From Callorhinchus milii (lineage: Eukaryota), in assembly GCF_018977255.1 (NCBI RefSeq), contig NW_024704743.1, forward strand, positions 75,084,001-75,148,000: DNA of 64,000 nucleotides, in the 5' to 3' direction. The position numbers were made by a program, and so were the translations under genes. The notes below the pieces were generated by a model. That model was not told the DNA's origin and did not search any database. It saw nothing but the letters and a program-made list of their open reading frames with translations. Numbering within the stretch: the stretch's first letter is position 1; each line of letters starts with the position of its first letter. Shown here piece by piece: positions 37,595-50,449 of the stretch.

Positions 37595-38380
37595 AAGTTC
37601 TGAGTTCAAGCAACACATTGGGATTTTGTTCTTATTGTCTTCGTTGACCCTCCAGCTTTGTGCTTTATCAGAGATACGGTGCTTCCGATGTGATTAGGGG
37701 TTCCAATCCCAGGAATCCCAAAATGCACAGATCCCATGTGGTAAAGATTCTCCCAAAATCCCAGGATTCATTGAAGAGGTTCCCGAGAATTTTGGAATGG
37801 TAAAAGGCCAAGCCGGGGTGGAAGGGGAAGGCTTTTCTCTTTCTTTTTTTTTTGTTCTCTTTTTCTCTTTCCGCTGCTGTATGTTGTCGTGAGAATGAGC
37901 CAGTGGGAGTGGATGGGCGAGTGTTTAAACCTCCCAGCAGCCCGCCCCATGGAGGGACGCATTCTCTAATGGACCCCGCTGATGTGGAGAACAACTGCAG
38001 GCGTCCTGGATGAGGTAAGATTTGGGATCCCGAGATTTGGGACATTAAAATCCCCAAATGCTGGAATTCCAAAAGAATAGCAAGATTGGACCCCTAGATA
38101 TGATGTTACACTGAGGTGTCGTCTGCCTGTTCAGGTGGATGTTAAAGATTCTCTGGCATTATTCAAAAACAGAGGGGAGTTCTCCTCGTGTCTTGGCCAA
38201 CGATCCCCCAAACAAAGTTGGTCACTCACCCCATAAATATTTGTAGAACATTGCTGTTGAAAATTGACTGGTGTGTTTGCCTACAAAATACAGTCATGAC
38301 ACTTTACAGAAACTTTGTAAAGTGCATTGGACATTCGAAATGTTATAGCCATTATATTAAATGTAAGGATTATTATGATG
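37595..38380 (+). mobile_element. SINE family B, split by a hAT-like MITE
   Basis: B box at about 37602; Deu core resumes at 38105. Confidence 0.82.
37695..38096. mobile_element. Non-autonomous hAT-like DNA transposon (MITE), 402 bp
   Basis: TIRs TAGGGGTTCCAATC and GATTGGACCCCTA; 8-bp TSD gatgtgat (37687-94) / gatatgat (38097-104). Confidence 0.85.
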
Positions 38381-38702
38381 ATTATCTACCCTCATCCAAT
38401 GTTCACACATGTGCTCTTTCTATCAGGAGCCATTGAAACTCTCAGGAGCAAGAACGTTTTGATAACATTTCTGGCCAGTGCATAGCACTTTTGGTGAGGC
38501 ATGATTATAATGGAAATCCAGTAGTGGTTGACTTTGCCAAAGGTGATGCATATTGTGTTCAACAGAATTTTTTCCCACTTGCTGTATATTTTGCCTTGTC
38601 TAGGGTGGAAGGTCTGAGATCACAAGATTGGTTTGAATGAAGAAGGCCCTACAGTCCACTTGATCTCATCCTTCCAGAATACCCATTCTACAATCTGCCA
38701 TC

Positions 38703-39145
38703 AGCAACAACTTGAATTTATATAGTGCCTTCCACTATCTTCAGCTGAGACCTGAAAATAGGAAGAGAGGGTGTGAGGCGAAGGGAGTGAGGAAGGGAGT
38801 TCCAGAGCCTCGGGGTGTAGTGGCTGAAGGCATAGCCACCGATGATGGAGCGGAGGATTCAGGGGACAAGGAGGAGGCCAGAGCCGGAGGAACGAAGGCA
38901 ATGGGTACTGTTGTGAGGAGAGAGGTCAGAGAGGTAGGGGGTGCAGAGGAGTGCAGGGATTTGAAGACAAGAGTGAGGATCTTGAAATCGATCCTCTCTG
39001 GGACAGGCAGCCAGTGCAGTCTGGCAAGGACTGGGGTAATCGGGGAGCGGAGTTTGGTTCGGGTAAGAATGCGGGCGGCAGAGTTTTGGATGACCTGGAT
39101 TTTATGAATGGTCATGGAGGGGAGACCAGCAAGGAATGCATTTGA
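38703..39145 (-). mobile_element. L2 3' fragment, second subfamily
   Basis: [39 protein letters not shown]. Confidence 0.92.
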
Positions 39146-39199
39146 AGTAGGTTCAGTATCCTGGTTTCAACCAAATTTCCCGGTAAAATGTTAATTAGT

Positions 39200-39502
39200 T
39201 TGGTGGTTAGAGCACTCGCTTTGCAAATGAGAGACCTGGGTTCGATTCCCGGCAGGGTGAAACCTTGGGCAAGTTTCCTTACTCCACACACCTGATAATA
39301 ATCCCTCAAGAGAAAAAAACAATAATAAATCGGTTATTTCAATCCATGATTGTTTGTGGGACAATGCTGTGCGCAATTGGCTGCTGCATTTCGCCCACAA
39401 ATATACAGTCAATTCACTTTACAGTCTATTCTGTGAAGTGCTTTGAGACGTCTAGAAGACGTGAAAAGCGCTATTTCAAATGCAAGGATTATTATTATTA
39501 TT
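39200..39502 (+). mobile_element. SINE family A (short form), head slightly truncated
   Basis: B box GGTTCGATTCCC, shared 3' half, tail. Confidence 0.92.
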
Positions 39503-39504
39503 AA

Positions 39505-39925
39505 CCTCTGGGCAAATAAACATTTCCTCATTTTCCCTCTAATTGCCCTTAAACACTCTAAACCTATATCCAAAACCTATATCCTGCATCCCGTTTGCCT
39601 TGTTTACTGCTGCCATACACTGTTTTGATATGGTGAGCGATGAAACCTCACCCTCAGCCCTCTTTCAGCTTTCCCCTTGGCAAGTTCTTATCTATTTGGT
39701 ATTTGTGTTTCTTGTTCTTATTTCCTGCAGTAGTACTTTGCTTTTAGATGGATTAAGCTTCATTTGCCAGTGAATTGGTCCATGTGTATACCCTTTCAAG
39801 CTTTCTTTGTAGGACCGCTGCTACCTACTTTGATTCCACAATTCCCTCCAACTTGGTGTCAACTACATATGTAACTATCTTACACTGGTTCTGCAAATCC
39901 AGGTCATTTGGATACAATGAACAGG
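39505..39925 (-). mobile_element. Old CR1 relic
   Basis: Minus-strand aatgacctgga...tatgtagttgacacca resembles NDL...FADDTK; 3' UTR-like part near 39505-39570. Confidence 0.55.
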
Positions 39926-41086
39926 AGGGGATTGGCAAATAAACGCCCCTTCTGTGAATCCACCTCTACCCACAGGGAGCTCAGTGACAGGTCAGTGTAG
40001 GCTGGAGCTCTCCATTCATGCAACTACTTCCCATGTTTGACACAAATCCATCTCGCAGCTTGATCTTGGATTTTGCAGAGGGGACGGGGGAAGCCTCTCC
40101 GCGGTATCCTCAAGAGCTCAGATCCATGAAGGAGAAATCCAGTTCCATAGCCAGGAGGTCCCTCTCCAGGACAATATTGGGAACCAAATCACAGGAGTCT
40201 CAGGACATTCTGTAACTGGCAAATCCTGATGTGTCATGGCTGATCCTCTGGAACTCCGCTTGGTGCCTGGCTTTCAAGTCGGAACTGAGATTGGTGTGAG
40301 GACATCATGCTAGGGGGTCGACTACTATATATTTGTGCTGGTTGTGAACCTTCTTGTAACTCCTGCAAATTGGATGCCAATGTGAATCATAAAGCATTGT
40401 TATTTGTACACTGCCTCTGGGATACATAGCCATCCATCCCCCATCCACCCCTGTGGACATTCCAAACACTGGAAGTATTGATTCACCTGTCTCCTCCCTA
40501 AGAATACTGGTTTACTCATATTCTTCTTTGCACCTGTTCTCTGCACTTTGACACCATACGGCACAAAGTTACCCTGCCCCCAAACTCTCAGGAACTTAAA
40601 AATATGTGGCAATTTATGGCCTCAGGATAGAAGAACTGCAGGAGTAACATTGACATGCACTGTTTTTTATGCTGGTCACATACTACCTGCATGTTGATTA
40701 AATAGTAGCCCTTCCAACTGAAATATGACATGGGCAACATGAGATTGACAGAACCACATAGTATTCCAATAAAGCGCCCCCTATCTGCATGCCGGAGAAC
40801 TGCAATGTGTTTGAGGTCCTGGAAGTAACAGTAAAATTGTAAAATTCTAAACTGAAAAAAGAATTGTAATTCTTTGGCAGATAAATAATTGCTGGAAAAC
40901 ATTTTAATTGTTGTAATTTTTCTCACAATTCTTTTGATTTACACTGAAAGGCTTTCATTGCATATATGCATATATAACAATAAAGTTGCCCACAAACCAC
41001 ATAGTCACTCCACTTTACACTTTATCCTGTGTAGTGCTTTGATACATTCTGCCAACATAAAAGGTGCAATATCACAAAAAAGGATT

Positions 41087-41401
41087 ATAATAATGATAAT
41101 ACTTGCATTTGATATAGCGCTTTTCATGTCTTCTAGACGTCTCAAAACGCTTCACAGAATATACTGTAAAGTGAATTGACTGTATATTTGTGGGCGAAAT
41201 GCAGCAGCCAAATTGTGCACAGCAGTGTCCCACAAAGAGTCGTGGATTGAAGTGACCAATTTATTATTGTTTTTTTCCTTGAGAGATTATTATCAGGCTT
41301 GTGGAGTAAAGAAACTTGCCCAAGGTTTCGTCCTGCCAGGAATTGAACCCAGGTCTCTTGCTTGAGAGGCGAGTGGTCTAACCACGGAGCTACAGGACTC
41401 C
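41087..41401 (-). mobile_element. Full-length SINE family A (short form)
   Basis: Head, body and tail match the other copies. Confidence 0.92.
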
Positions 41402-41526
41402 ATTATATTCGTAGCACACACGCATTTTAATCTTGGATATAATTTTTAGTATGTATTTTACACATTCTGCATTTATTGCTAATTATACTTTATTTTACTG
41501 TATTGTATATGCTTTTATTTAAGTAT

Positions 41527-41672
41527 ATAGAATCATAGAATCCTACAGCACAGAAGGAGGCTATCCAATTAGTCCCATACCCCCGCTCTTTCCCCATAGG
41601 CTTGCAATTTTTTTCTTTTCAAGTATATACCTAATTCCCCTTTGAAAGTTATTATTGAATCCGCTTCCACCT
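41527..41672 (-). mobile_element. CR1 3' tail fragment
   Basis: atagaatcatagaatc is the reverse of the (ATTCTATG)n CR1 tail; similar short tails near 21680-21795, 25130-25260, 45990-46130 and 48230-48425. Confidence 0.85.
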
Positions 41673-41689
41673 GATTGGTACAGCAGGTG

Positions 41690-42365
41690 CTCCAATTTGA
41701 CATAGCACCTTATCATCAAACATTTCAAAGCGCTTCACAGAAGTTAACATTATGCACAGCAATGTTCCACAAACAGCTATGGAGTAAATGACCAATTTAT
41801 TTTATCTGGAGAATTGTTGGCCAGGACACTGGGAGAAACTTTTCAAACAGTGTCATAGGACTATTTTCAAATAGTGCCAAGTAGGGTCATAAATAGGCCA
41901 ACTGTAGAGGCCGACAAGACCTCGGTTTAAAGTCTCACCTGAAGGACAACACCACCGACAATGCAATGCTCCTCCAGCACTGCACTGGAGTGTCAACCTC
42001 CAGTGCAGTGGTGGCCAACCCATCACCCGCAGACCAAAAGTGGCCCATGGGGGCGTCAGGAAGTTGCCCGCCGAACATTTGCTCCAGTCTAGGTAACAAC
42101 AACAATAAGATTACATTTGTATAGCACCTTTCATGTCGGGAGGACATCCCAAGGCGCTGAAGGTAAGTCTGTGATAAATCTACTGAGTAGCGATATTTAT
42201 GGCATGGCCATAAATCAAGAAATATTCAATCAAGAAAAAATGTTTTGCTTGGCCTACCAAAAAGTTTGGCCACCACTGGCCTCGACTATGAGCTCAAAAT
42301 CATGACCTGGGGCTTAAATTGATAACCTTCTGAGAGAGTGCTACCAACAGAGCCAGGCTGACATG
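41690..42365 (-). mobile_element. SINE family B hosting a hAT-like element
   Basis: Tail at 41690, Deu core to about 42000, head 42279-42365 ending agccaggctgac. Confidence 0.82.
42006..42278. mobile_element. Non-autonomous hAT-like element (Charlie-type TIR)
   Basis: TIRs CAGTGGTGGCCAA and TTGGCCACCACTG (13-bp perfect); no clear TSD. Confidence 0.78.
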
Positions 42366-43167
42366 TCTGTGGGTGAATTCAAGTAGTTAGAGCACAATGT
42401 CTTTCAAATGATCACCTTGTTATCTGTACTCTTTTCAGATCCACAATGGGGGTTGGTCCCAATTGGCTTGAATATTGGTCACTCACCTGTAGTTAGTACT
42501 GATATCAGAGGTTTTCATTTGACTTCATTGGAAGAGATAAAGGGATGGAATGTTCTACAGCAGATCCTTTCATGTTATGAATTCTGTGACGATTATATCA
42601 CCAACAGATGCCTGAACGTCAATGTGCACCTTTAAAAAATACTTTGATGCTTCAGATCTTGAATTGGCTTTGCACAGATTAATCAGACATTGTTTTGGAA
42701 TAAGACCTATAAGGACTTACTACTCCAATGAGCTGCCAGTCTGTGCAGGTGTATGTAATTGTGATAGATAGCAGCTGAGATAGCTTGTCGACATGAAATA
42801 AATTTGTTGAAGGTGTTAGGTCAACCAACTGAAAAGATAAAAGGGTCTAATGTGGGCAGATTGAGTTGAACATGAGATATTCATGAAAAAGGCTAAAAAT
42901 AAGGTGACAAATTGTGAAATGAGTCTCAGACAGCATTAGACACCAGATGTGAGCTGCAACAAAATTTGTAGCAGCCAATGGGAGAAAAGCAAATAATGAA
43001 CTGTCTTTTATGCTCAAATGATACCATCAGGGCCTCACACAAAACCGGGACTGGATTGGAGAGACTCAAAGGTAGCACTGATTCTTGCTCAAAGGAGCAG
43101 TCCAAAGCACGGGAGTCAGAGAGTAAGAGGGAAGTGAAAGGGGAGAAGAAAAACTCACAGATAAACA

Positions 43168-43478
43168 CTAATAACCCTCGCTTTTGATATTAGCGCTTTT
43201 CACGTTTTCTAAACATCTCAAAGTGCTTCACAGAATATACTGTAAAGTGAATTGACTGTATACTTGTGGGCGAAATGCGGCAGCCAATTGTGCACAGCAA
43301 TGTCCCACAAACAGTCGTGGATTGAAGTGAGCAATTTCTTAGTGTCTTTTTTCTTGAGGGATTATTATCAGGCGTATAGAGTAAGGAAACTTGCCCAGTG
43401 TTTCGCCCTGCCGGGAATCGAACCCAGGTCTCTCGCTTGCGAGGCGAGTGCTCTAACCACTGAGCTACAGGACTCCAC
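43168..43478 (-). mobile_element. Full-length SINE family A (short form)
   Basis: Intact A and B boxes, body and tail. Confidence 0.92.
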
Positions 43479-44044
43479 TTTAAATATCACTCAATTGCAT
43501 TATGAAATGCAAATTTTATTCCTAGGATTTTTAAACAGTAATAACCCTTGAATCTAGTGCTGTATAAGTATTGAACATTGGATATTTTTATCTTATTTAT
43601 TACAATGTGGATTATCAAGTGGCTATTGAAGGCTGAGACCAATAGAAGAGAAACAGATAAACATTTGATGCAGGTCTGTCCCACTGAAAAGAAAGTGAAT
43701 GTGAATGCTTAGTCAGTGCAGGTAAAATAGAGAACAATCATGTGATGCAATGGATTGGTACCCTATCGTTTCACTTCTGGGAACTTGTGTGTAAATCCTG
43801 TCTGGACTGATAGGCTAAGTGTCTCTCTGTATTAATTGTAAGGGCTATTTGTAAACTGCTAAAAATTGCACTATATTGGCATCAACAACTTGCATTTATT
43901 TAGTGCCCTTTACATGGGTAGTGTTTTGGATCAATTGACAAATGATTGTCAAGCAGTCACTAAAATTGGGTGGTTTATTCAAAAAGAGCTATTCACATTG
44001 GTACAGTGAACATAATAATAATCCTTGCATTTGATATAGTGCCT

Positions 44045-44440
44045 CCACAGCCTTGCTCCTCCCTACTTTTGTGACCTCTAAACCCCTACTTTTGTGACCT
44101 CCTAATCCCCTACTATCCTGTCCGCTCCCTCCGTTCAGTGGGCTCCGGTCTGCTTCACATCTCCACTCCTTGCCTGCCCCAGCATTGGCAGGCAAGCCTT
44201 CAGCCTCTCTGCCCCCACCCTCTAGAACTCCATCCCACTGTCCCTCCGCCTCGCTCCCTTCCTTGCCTCCTTCAAGACTCGTCTTAAGACCTTCTTCTTT
44301 GACTGTGCCTTTGGTGGCCCCCCTACCCTCCACCCCTCCTAATCCCAACCAACCGGTTGGGTGCGGATCCCTGACTGTTAGGCACCTTGGGACGTACTCC
44401 CAACATGAAAGGCGCTATACAAGTTAATCAATTGTTGTTA
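44045..44440 (+). mobile_element. L2 3' fragment
   Basis: L2 3' region with a small tandem duplication at about 44060-44110; tail gggacgtactcccaacatgaaaggcgctatac. Confidence 0.88.
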
Positions 44441-45404
44441 TCACATTGTTGAGATGTCTCACAGCACTTCCCAGGATATCCTGTAAAGTGGATTTACTCT
44501 GTGCATTTTGTGGGTGAAATGTGACAGCCAGTTGCACACAGTAATGTCGCATGTTCTCCTTTCTGACATTAAGATTTGTGAAGAGCTTTGAGATGTTTTG
44601 ATGCTATAGATGCTGTATCAAAATGCAAGGATTATCATGAGGATTAAAACCACATCATTGGGGCAGAGCAAAAGCAACCTTTCTTTTCATCACCCATGTT
44701 GTACCCTTCCTGGGAGTGGTTTGATGCTTTCACAGAGAGCTAGAGAAGTGAATGGGTTCCGTCATTGATCCATTCTAATACTGATGGATATTATTTGGCA
44801 ATCCGACACAAGATCAATACAGACTTTAAAAGAGACAAGAGTTAAAAGTACTGAGTCAGTGCCTGTTAAATAGCGAGGGACTGCCCATTAGGGTAATGCT
44901 GGACAAACAACGCATTCAGCATCTATCCAGAGACAAGATCTTAAATGCCCTGGCCCAGCTCTAATGAGTGTTTACAAAATTTAATTATCCACTTGATATA
45001 CCTTCATATCTACTGTTGAAAACTTTTTATTTCCTTAAAAAGGTCCTCAGTGGAGCTAATGGCATTAGCTAGCTGTAAGATTGCTCTGCCAACCTTCTCA
45101 ATTCGCTGCTGTGATTTACCCACAAAATATAGTCAGTTCACTCTACAATATATTCTATGAAGCATTTTGAGACGTCTCAATAACGTGATAAGGCGCTATA
45201 TCAGAGGCAAGGATTATTGTTATATTATAAACTCAATATAGGTGAAGATCTGTGAATGGAATTTAGTTTAACAATGCTCGTTACCCTGGAGACTGGCTTG
45301 CGTCTTGAAGCAAGTCAATAGGGTAAAAGAGATATATTACAACAACAAGATTGCATTTGTATAGCGCCTTTCACATTGGGAGGACATCCCAAGACGTGGA
45401 AAAG

Positions 45405-45495
45405 CAATGAAGGAAGGAAAGTAGGAAAGGAGGGAGAGAAGGAAAGGTAGTAGGAAGGAAGGAAGAAAGAAAAAGAAAGGTAGGAAGGAAAGGTT
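45405..45495. repeat. (GGAA)n-like polypurine tract next to an L2 tail
   Basis: Direct reading; minus-strand L2 tail at about 45338-45395. Confidence 0.85.
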
Positions 45496-46174
45496 GTGAG
45501 GGAAGATGGGAGAAATCCCTGGCTGTACCCAAAGCTGTCCACAGAGGCCTGCGGAGTGGAGTGCTGGTTAGTGGGATAGTGTCTAAACTCAACAGAAAAC
45601 ACAATCGTGACAACTTCAGACCCAACTGTTGTCACCAAATCAGCAATTTTCAATCCCATAATTTCGAAGGCAATTCTAGTCATTTTTATGTTGCTTTCAG
45701 TCAGATTCTGAAACACTGGACCACAGATTGTGCAGTCACGAAATAATCACACACATCAATGCTGCACTGGATTTGTGTAGGCATTTGTGGCGTGAGGTGC
45801 ATTTTAATGGCAGAGAAATCAAGTGTCACCATCTCTGTAATTTTCACTTACTCTCACAGACTAATACAAGTATTGCAGAGTATGTATTGTAGCTAAGGGC
45901 ACTACACCACACAAAACTCTGAGATATTTCTACATGATAAGGCATTACATCAAATGCAAAAATGGTTATTATATTCATAAGAAACCTGATTTTATGTGGG
46001 GAGGACAAGTTCGCAGGACTGTGGGGAGAGAGTGGGGAAGTGGGATTGATTTGGATAGCTCTTTTAAAAGAGCAGGCACAGACACGATGGGCTGAATGGC
46101 CTCCTTCTGTGCTGTATAATTCTATGCTTCTATTAAATATTAAAACTTAATTGAAGAATGAACTAAACTCCATG

Positions 46175-46570
46175 GTGTTGCCCCTCCTTACCCCTGCGAT
46201 CTGCTAAATCCTTACCAACTTACCCGCTTCCTCCTCTCGGCGGAAAATGCCCTGCTCCATGTCCCCTGCCCAAAACACCATCGGCGTTCGGTCCTTCAAC
46301 CTTCTATCCCCACCCTCTAGAACTCCATCCCAGAGTCCCTTCAACTCGCCCCTTCACTTGCCTTCTTCAAAGCCCGTCTCAAGACTCTCCCCTTTGACTG
46401 TGCCTTTGGTCATCCTCCCACCCCTTCCCTCCCCCCTTGCCCTCCACCCCTCTTGATTCCCACCTTCATCTCGGGTGCAAACACTTGACTATCCAGCGCC
46501 TCCGGATGTCCTCCTGACATAAAAGGCGTTAGATAAATATAATTTGTTGTTTTTGGTTGCTGCTGTTGTT
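46175..46570 (+). mobile_element. L2 3' fragment
   Basis: L2 3' region and tail ggatgtcctcctgacataaaaggcg. Confidence 0.82.
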
Positions 46571-47189
46571 AAAAATCCAAAAGGTATGCTATCCACTGAA
46601 TTAGCTGTTACATATTTGAGTCGTCCAGAAATAATATCTGCTGTGGTGTTTACAATAAGACGATCAGTTCATTTCCTGCAGTGTTACAGCTTGGTTACAG
46701 CTTGGAGGGCTGTTATTCAAGCCTGAACAATCTACGAGCAAACTCAGCGTTGGTGATATGCACCTATGTCCTTGAGACTCTGGAGACAAATAATTCATCC
46801 CTTTTCACGCCTGTTTACTTCACTTTGTGACTACAATTATTCTGGAAGTCAGGAGCATTAAGGGATTTCAGTCCCAGAAGTTATGGCTTCAACAAACACA
46901 ATTCCTAATGATAAGTGCTGATCTACAGTGTGTGAGCCCTCCACTGGGAGCGGGTTTAATGCAGTGAATGGATGCGCAGGTGCTCAGTATGAAAGGCTGC
47001 TTGTTCCTTAGAGCAGCTGAGCAATTACAGTCCAGGCTGGTGAGACGATGACAATTACGGGAAATGTAAAAGAAGCTCCATTTGAACTAGACACACAAGA
47101 TCAACTTGGTTCATGACTAGGAGGTCTGAGTGTTTGCGGGGCTGAGTATGAGCAGGACTGGGGGCTGAGTGTGAGCAGTTGATGGTATT

Positions 47190-47550
47190 GTATAAATAAC
47201 AAGAGCTCATATAGTGCACGCTGGCACTCTAATGCAGGGCTGGGGGGTGCTGTATTTGAGAGAAGCCGTCCTTTGGATGAGACAGCAAACCAAGGTCTCG
47301 CCTTCCTGTGTAGGTTGATGTTAAAGATCCCACGGCAGTATTTAAAAAGAGGAGTTTCTGCTGGTAACCTGGCCAACAATCCCCCAAATAAAATAAAATT
47401 GGTCCTCATTCTACACCTGTTTGTGAGACGTTGCTGTGTGCTAATCGGCTGCAACGTTCATCCACAAAATAGTCATATTATTTTACAGTATATCTGGTGA
47501 AGCACTTTGAGACGTCTCGAAGATGCGATAAGGCGCTATATCAAATGTAA
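47190..47550 (+). mobile_element. SINE family B, head missing
   Basis: Deu core gatgttaaagatcccacggca...cctggccaacaatcccc, tail. Confidence 0.88.
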
Positions 47551-49009
47551 AAACTATCCTAAATGAAAGAATGATGAGTGGAGCCAAACAGCACCTGTCA
47601 AATGACTCCTGTTAGGTAGTCATTGTAACACATCAGTGGCCATTAGCACAGCACAGTTCAAAGGTAACACAGGTCCCATTCAACCACAATGTCTCCTGGT
47701 ATCTTTTACAAACTCCTTACATGTATCAAAGTGGTCATTTCTTATAACGTCCTGGAGACCTATTGTGCTATTCTTCATATATTGTTCATTTTATCAACTG
47801 GGATGAAGGAGGTGTTGCAGTTTTTTCGAAACTACATTCACCCATTGACAGATCGAAGCTAACCATTCTACCTACGACTCATGTGTTGAAGTAACAATGT
47901 GTCAGTGTTTTCAACCTCTGTCTGCACCTCGGTGGAAGTTCATACATCATTCTTTAGATTGGGGAATAATGAATAAAACTTGGGCCTAATGTGGCTGCAA
48001 TACCTGGGCACAAAAATTGATTGAGTACCATCAGATATGGCTGGCTGCCAGGAACCAGAAAACAGTCAATTTTACATTCAGCACATTTCAGAGTTTTAGT
48101 GCCTGGCACTATAAAGCCTGCTGAGTCTTTTACACTGCACCTTAATTCACACATATTTAACCCACAGAAGCAGCACAAGTACCATCAAGGGGAACATTCG
48201 CCTTAAGTGGGTCTTCACTAATCACTAAAGAATGTACAGCACAGAAACAGGCGTTTCGGCCAAACGGTTTGTGCCTTTGTTTATACTCCACATGAGTCTC
48301 CACCCACTTCTTACTCCCTCCGATATCCTTCTGTTCCCCTCTCGCTCATGTGAAGTTCTAGCTTCCTCTCGAATGCATCTATAGTATATCTGATTCAACC
48401 ACTGTTTCAAGCAGCGAGTTCCACAATCTGAGTGATGTAATTCTTCCAAAACTCTATTTTTGATCCCCCAGTCACTTGCTTTCATCAGGAATCCCATCTG
48501 CTGGGAATTATAACAACAACAAATTGCATTTGTATAGCGCCTTTCACGTCGGGAGGATGTCCCAAGGCTCTGCTGAAATTATAAATTTAGGAAATGCTGA
48601 GCGACACTCCTGTTCGCTAAAAAATATCCCTCTGACTATCTCCCAGATCATCTCCGACCCCAGAGGCACTGTTTATCTTGGCTCAGATTCAAATATTTTT
48701 CGATAATTGTTCCTGGGAAATATCTACAGATCTAATGATGAGACAGACTTTGACTCGAAGACAAATAATCATTTATCAGTGATGGAGCTGCTGTGGCAGT
48801 GATGTTGAGGAGCAGTTTTAATCAAGGCTATGACTATGACTATAGTAAAGGGGTGAGAAGCATTAAATTGAACCAAGGTCAGATTGGGGTCAGTGATTTG
48901 CAATAATAAAAATAACAATCCTTACTTTTGATATAGTGCCTTTCGTGTCAGGAATGGGCAGACATCTCAAAATGCTTTATAGGTTATTCTGTAAAGTGCA
49001 GTGATTTAT

Positions 49010-49458
49010 AATCATAATAATCCTTGCATTTGATATAGCGCCTTTCACGTATTCGAGACGCCTCAAAGCGTTTCACAGAATCTATTGTAAAGTGAATTAA
49101 CTGTATATTTTGTGGGTGAATATTTTGTGGACGATTAGGTCTGTAGGCAAATGGAGCAGCCAATTTGCACACGGTAATGTGTCACAAAAAGTCATTTTAT
49201 CTGAGGGACTGACTGGGAGAAATTCCCTTTGTTTTTCGAAAAGCGCCATGGGACTTTTGGTGTTCACCTAATTCCCCTTTCTCCAATTTGCCGCCTTTCA
49301 GAGATCATGTGTCATACGGCACCTCCAACAATGTACATCCCCGAGCACTGCAGTGGAATGTTAGCCTAGACTATGAGGTCCAAGTCCTGACATAGGGCTT
49401 GAACTCACAACCTTCTGAACCAGAGGTGAGAATGTTACATACTGAGCCAGGTTGACAA
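49010..49458 (-). mobile_element. Full-length SINE family B
   Basis: Tail at 49010; head ggcttgaactc...actgagccaggttgac. Confidence 0.85.
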
Positions 49459-49821
49459 TGCTGCAGTGCAAAATGTATGTTTGCAGGGAAATGGTCTTTT
49501 GTTTTCCAGGCTATTTTCCCACCCTTTGAGAACTTTGCAAATTCTATCCCAATCTGACCTGTCAAGTTGATTAAGCAAGATTGTGTTAGGGGTTCCTACC
49601 CCTTGGGTTTCCTGAAGGAGGCAGATTTTACTGCCTGAGGCACTTTTTCCAATGTGAGGCAACATTTAAACTGCGATGTTCTTGACAAGTGTCTTTTGAA
49701 CCCCCAGTAATTGGACACCAGTTGTAAATTCATAAACCAACAAATCAATAGCAAAGTGATCAAAATAAGTGACCGGCAGCAAAAGCAGCAAGAAAACAAG
49801 GAGGTTTATAATAATCATCAA

Positions 49822-50095
49822 AATAATAATACTTGCATTTAATACAGGGCCTTATCATGTCTTCGAGACATCTCAAAGCACTTCAGAGAATACACTGTGA
49901 AGTGAGCAAAACACACAATTGCGCACAGCAGTGTTCCACAAACAACCATGGATTGAATGACCAAACTTTTACATTTTTTTATTGAAGGGATTATTACGCC
50001 TGGAAAAGCGATCCGCCAATCGACTAACAACCGGGTTCTTATTTGCTGCTAGGTAAACAGAGGCGTGTAGAGTAAGGAAACTTGCATAAGGTTTG
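49822..50095 (-). mobile_element. SINE family A, long form, head truncated
   Basis: Contains the complete extra segment between the tRNA-adjacent region and taataatccc. Confidence 0.88.
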
Positions 50096-50449
50096 CTTAA
50101 GGACAATTACTACAAACCATCAGACCAAGGTACGGACATTTGTATGGCACCTTACACTGGAGGATGTCTCAAAAGTACTTGTCACAGTTGGCTAGGCATC
50201 CAAGCTGGGGATGGGAGCCAGGGTGGTGGGGGGGAGAGAGAGACGATTGAAAGTGCGATTAAAGAGGTATATCTTGAGACGGGACTTAACACCCTCCGTA
50301 CCATCCCCAATCACAGCATCAAGCTGCTTTTTAAATGTCAATTGTCCTTTCCCTTCCTGGTAACCTGTTCCAGTCATTAATTACCCGCTGGGTAAACAAA
50401 ATCTTCCTGATGTCTACCCTGAAATTGCCTTTTATAACTCTAAACCTGC

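Noticed and set aside
42481..42635. Minus-strand exon ending CAG/GTGAGT at 42487
   Set aside because: All three frames from the plausible acceptors contain stops, and the donor overlaps a SINE-like attggtcactca motif
44650..44740. LF-SINE-like 3' relic (cccatgttgtacccttcctgggagtg)
   Set aside because: Too short and recalled only from memory; cannot be supported without a profile search
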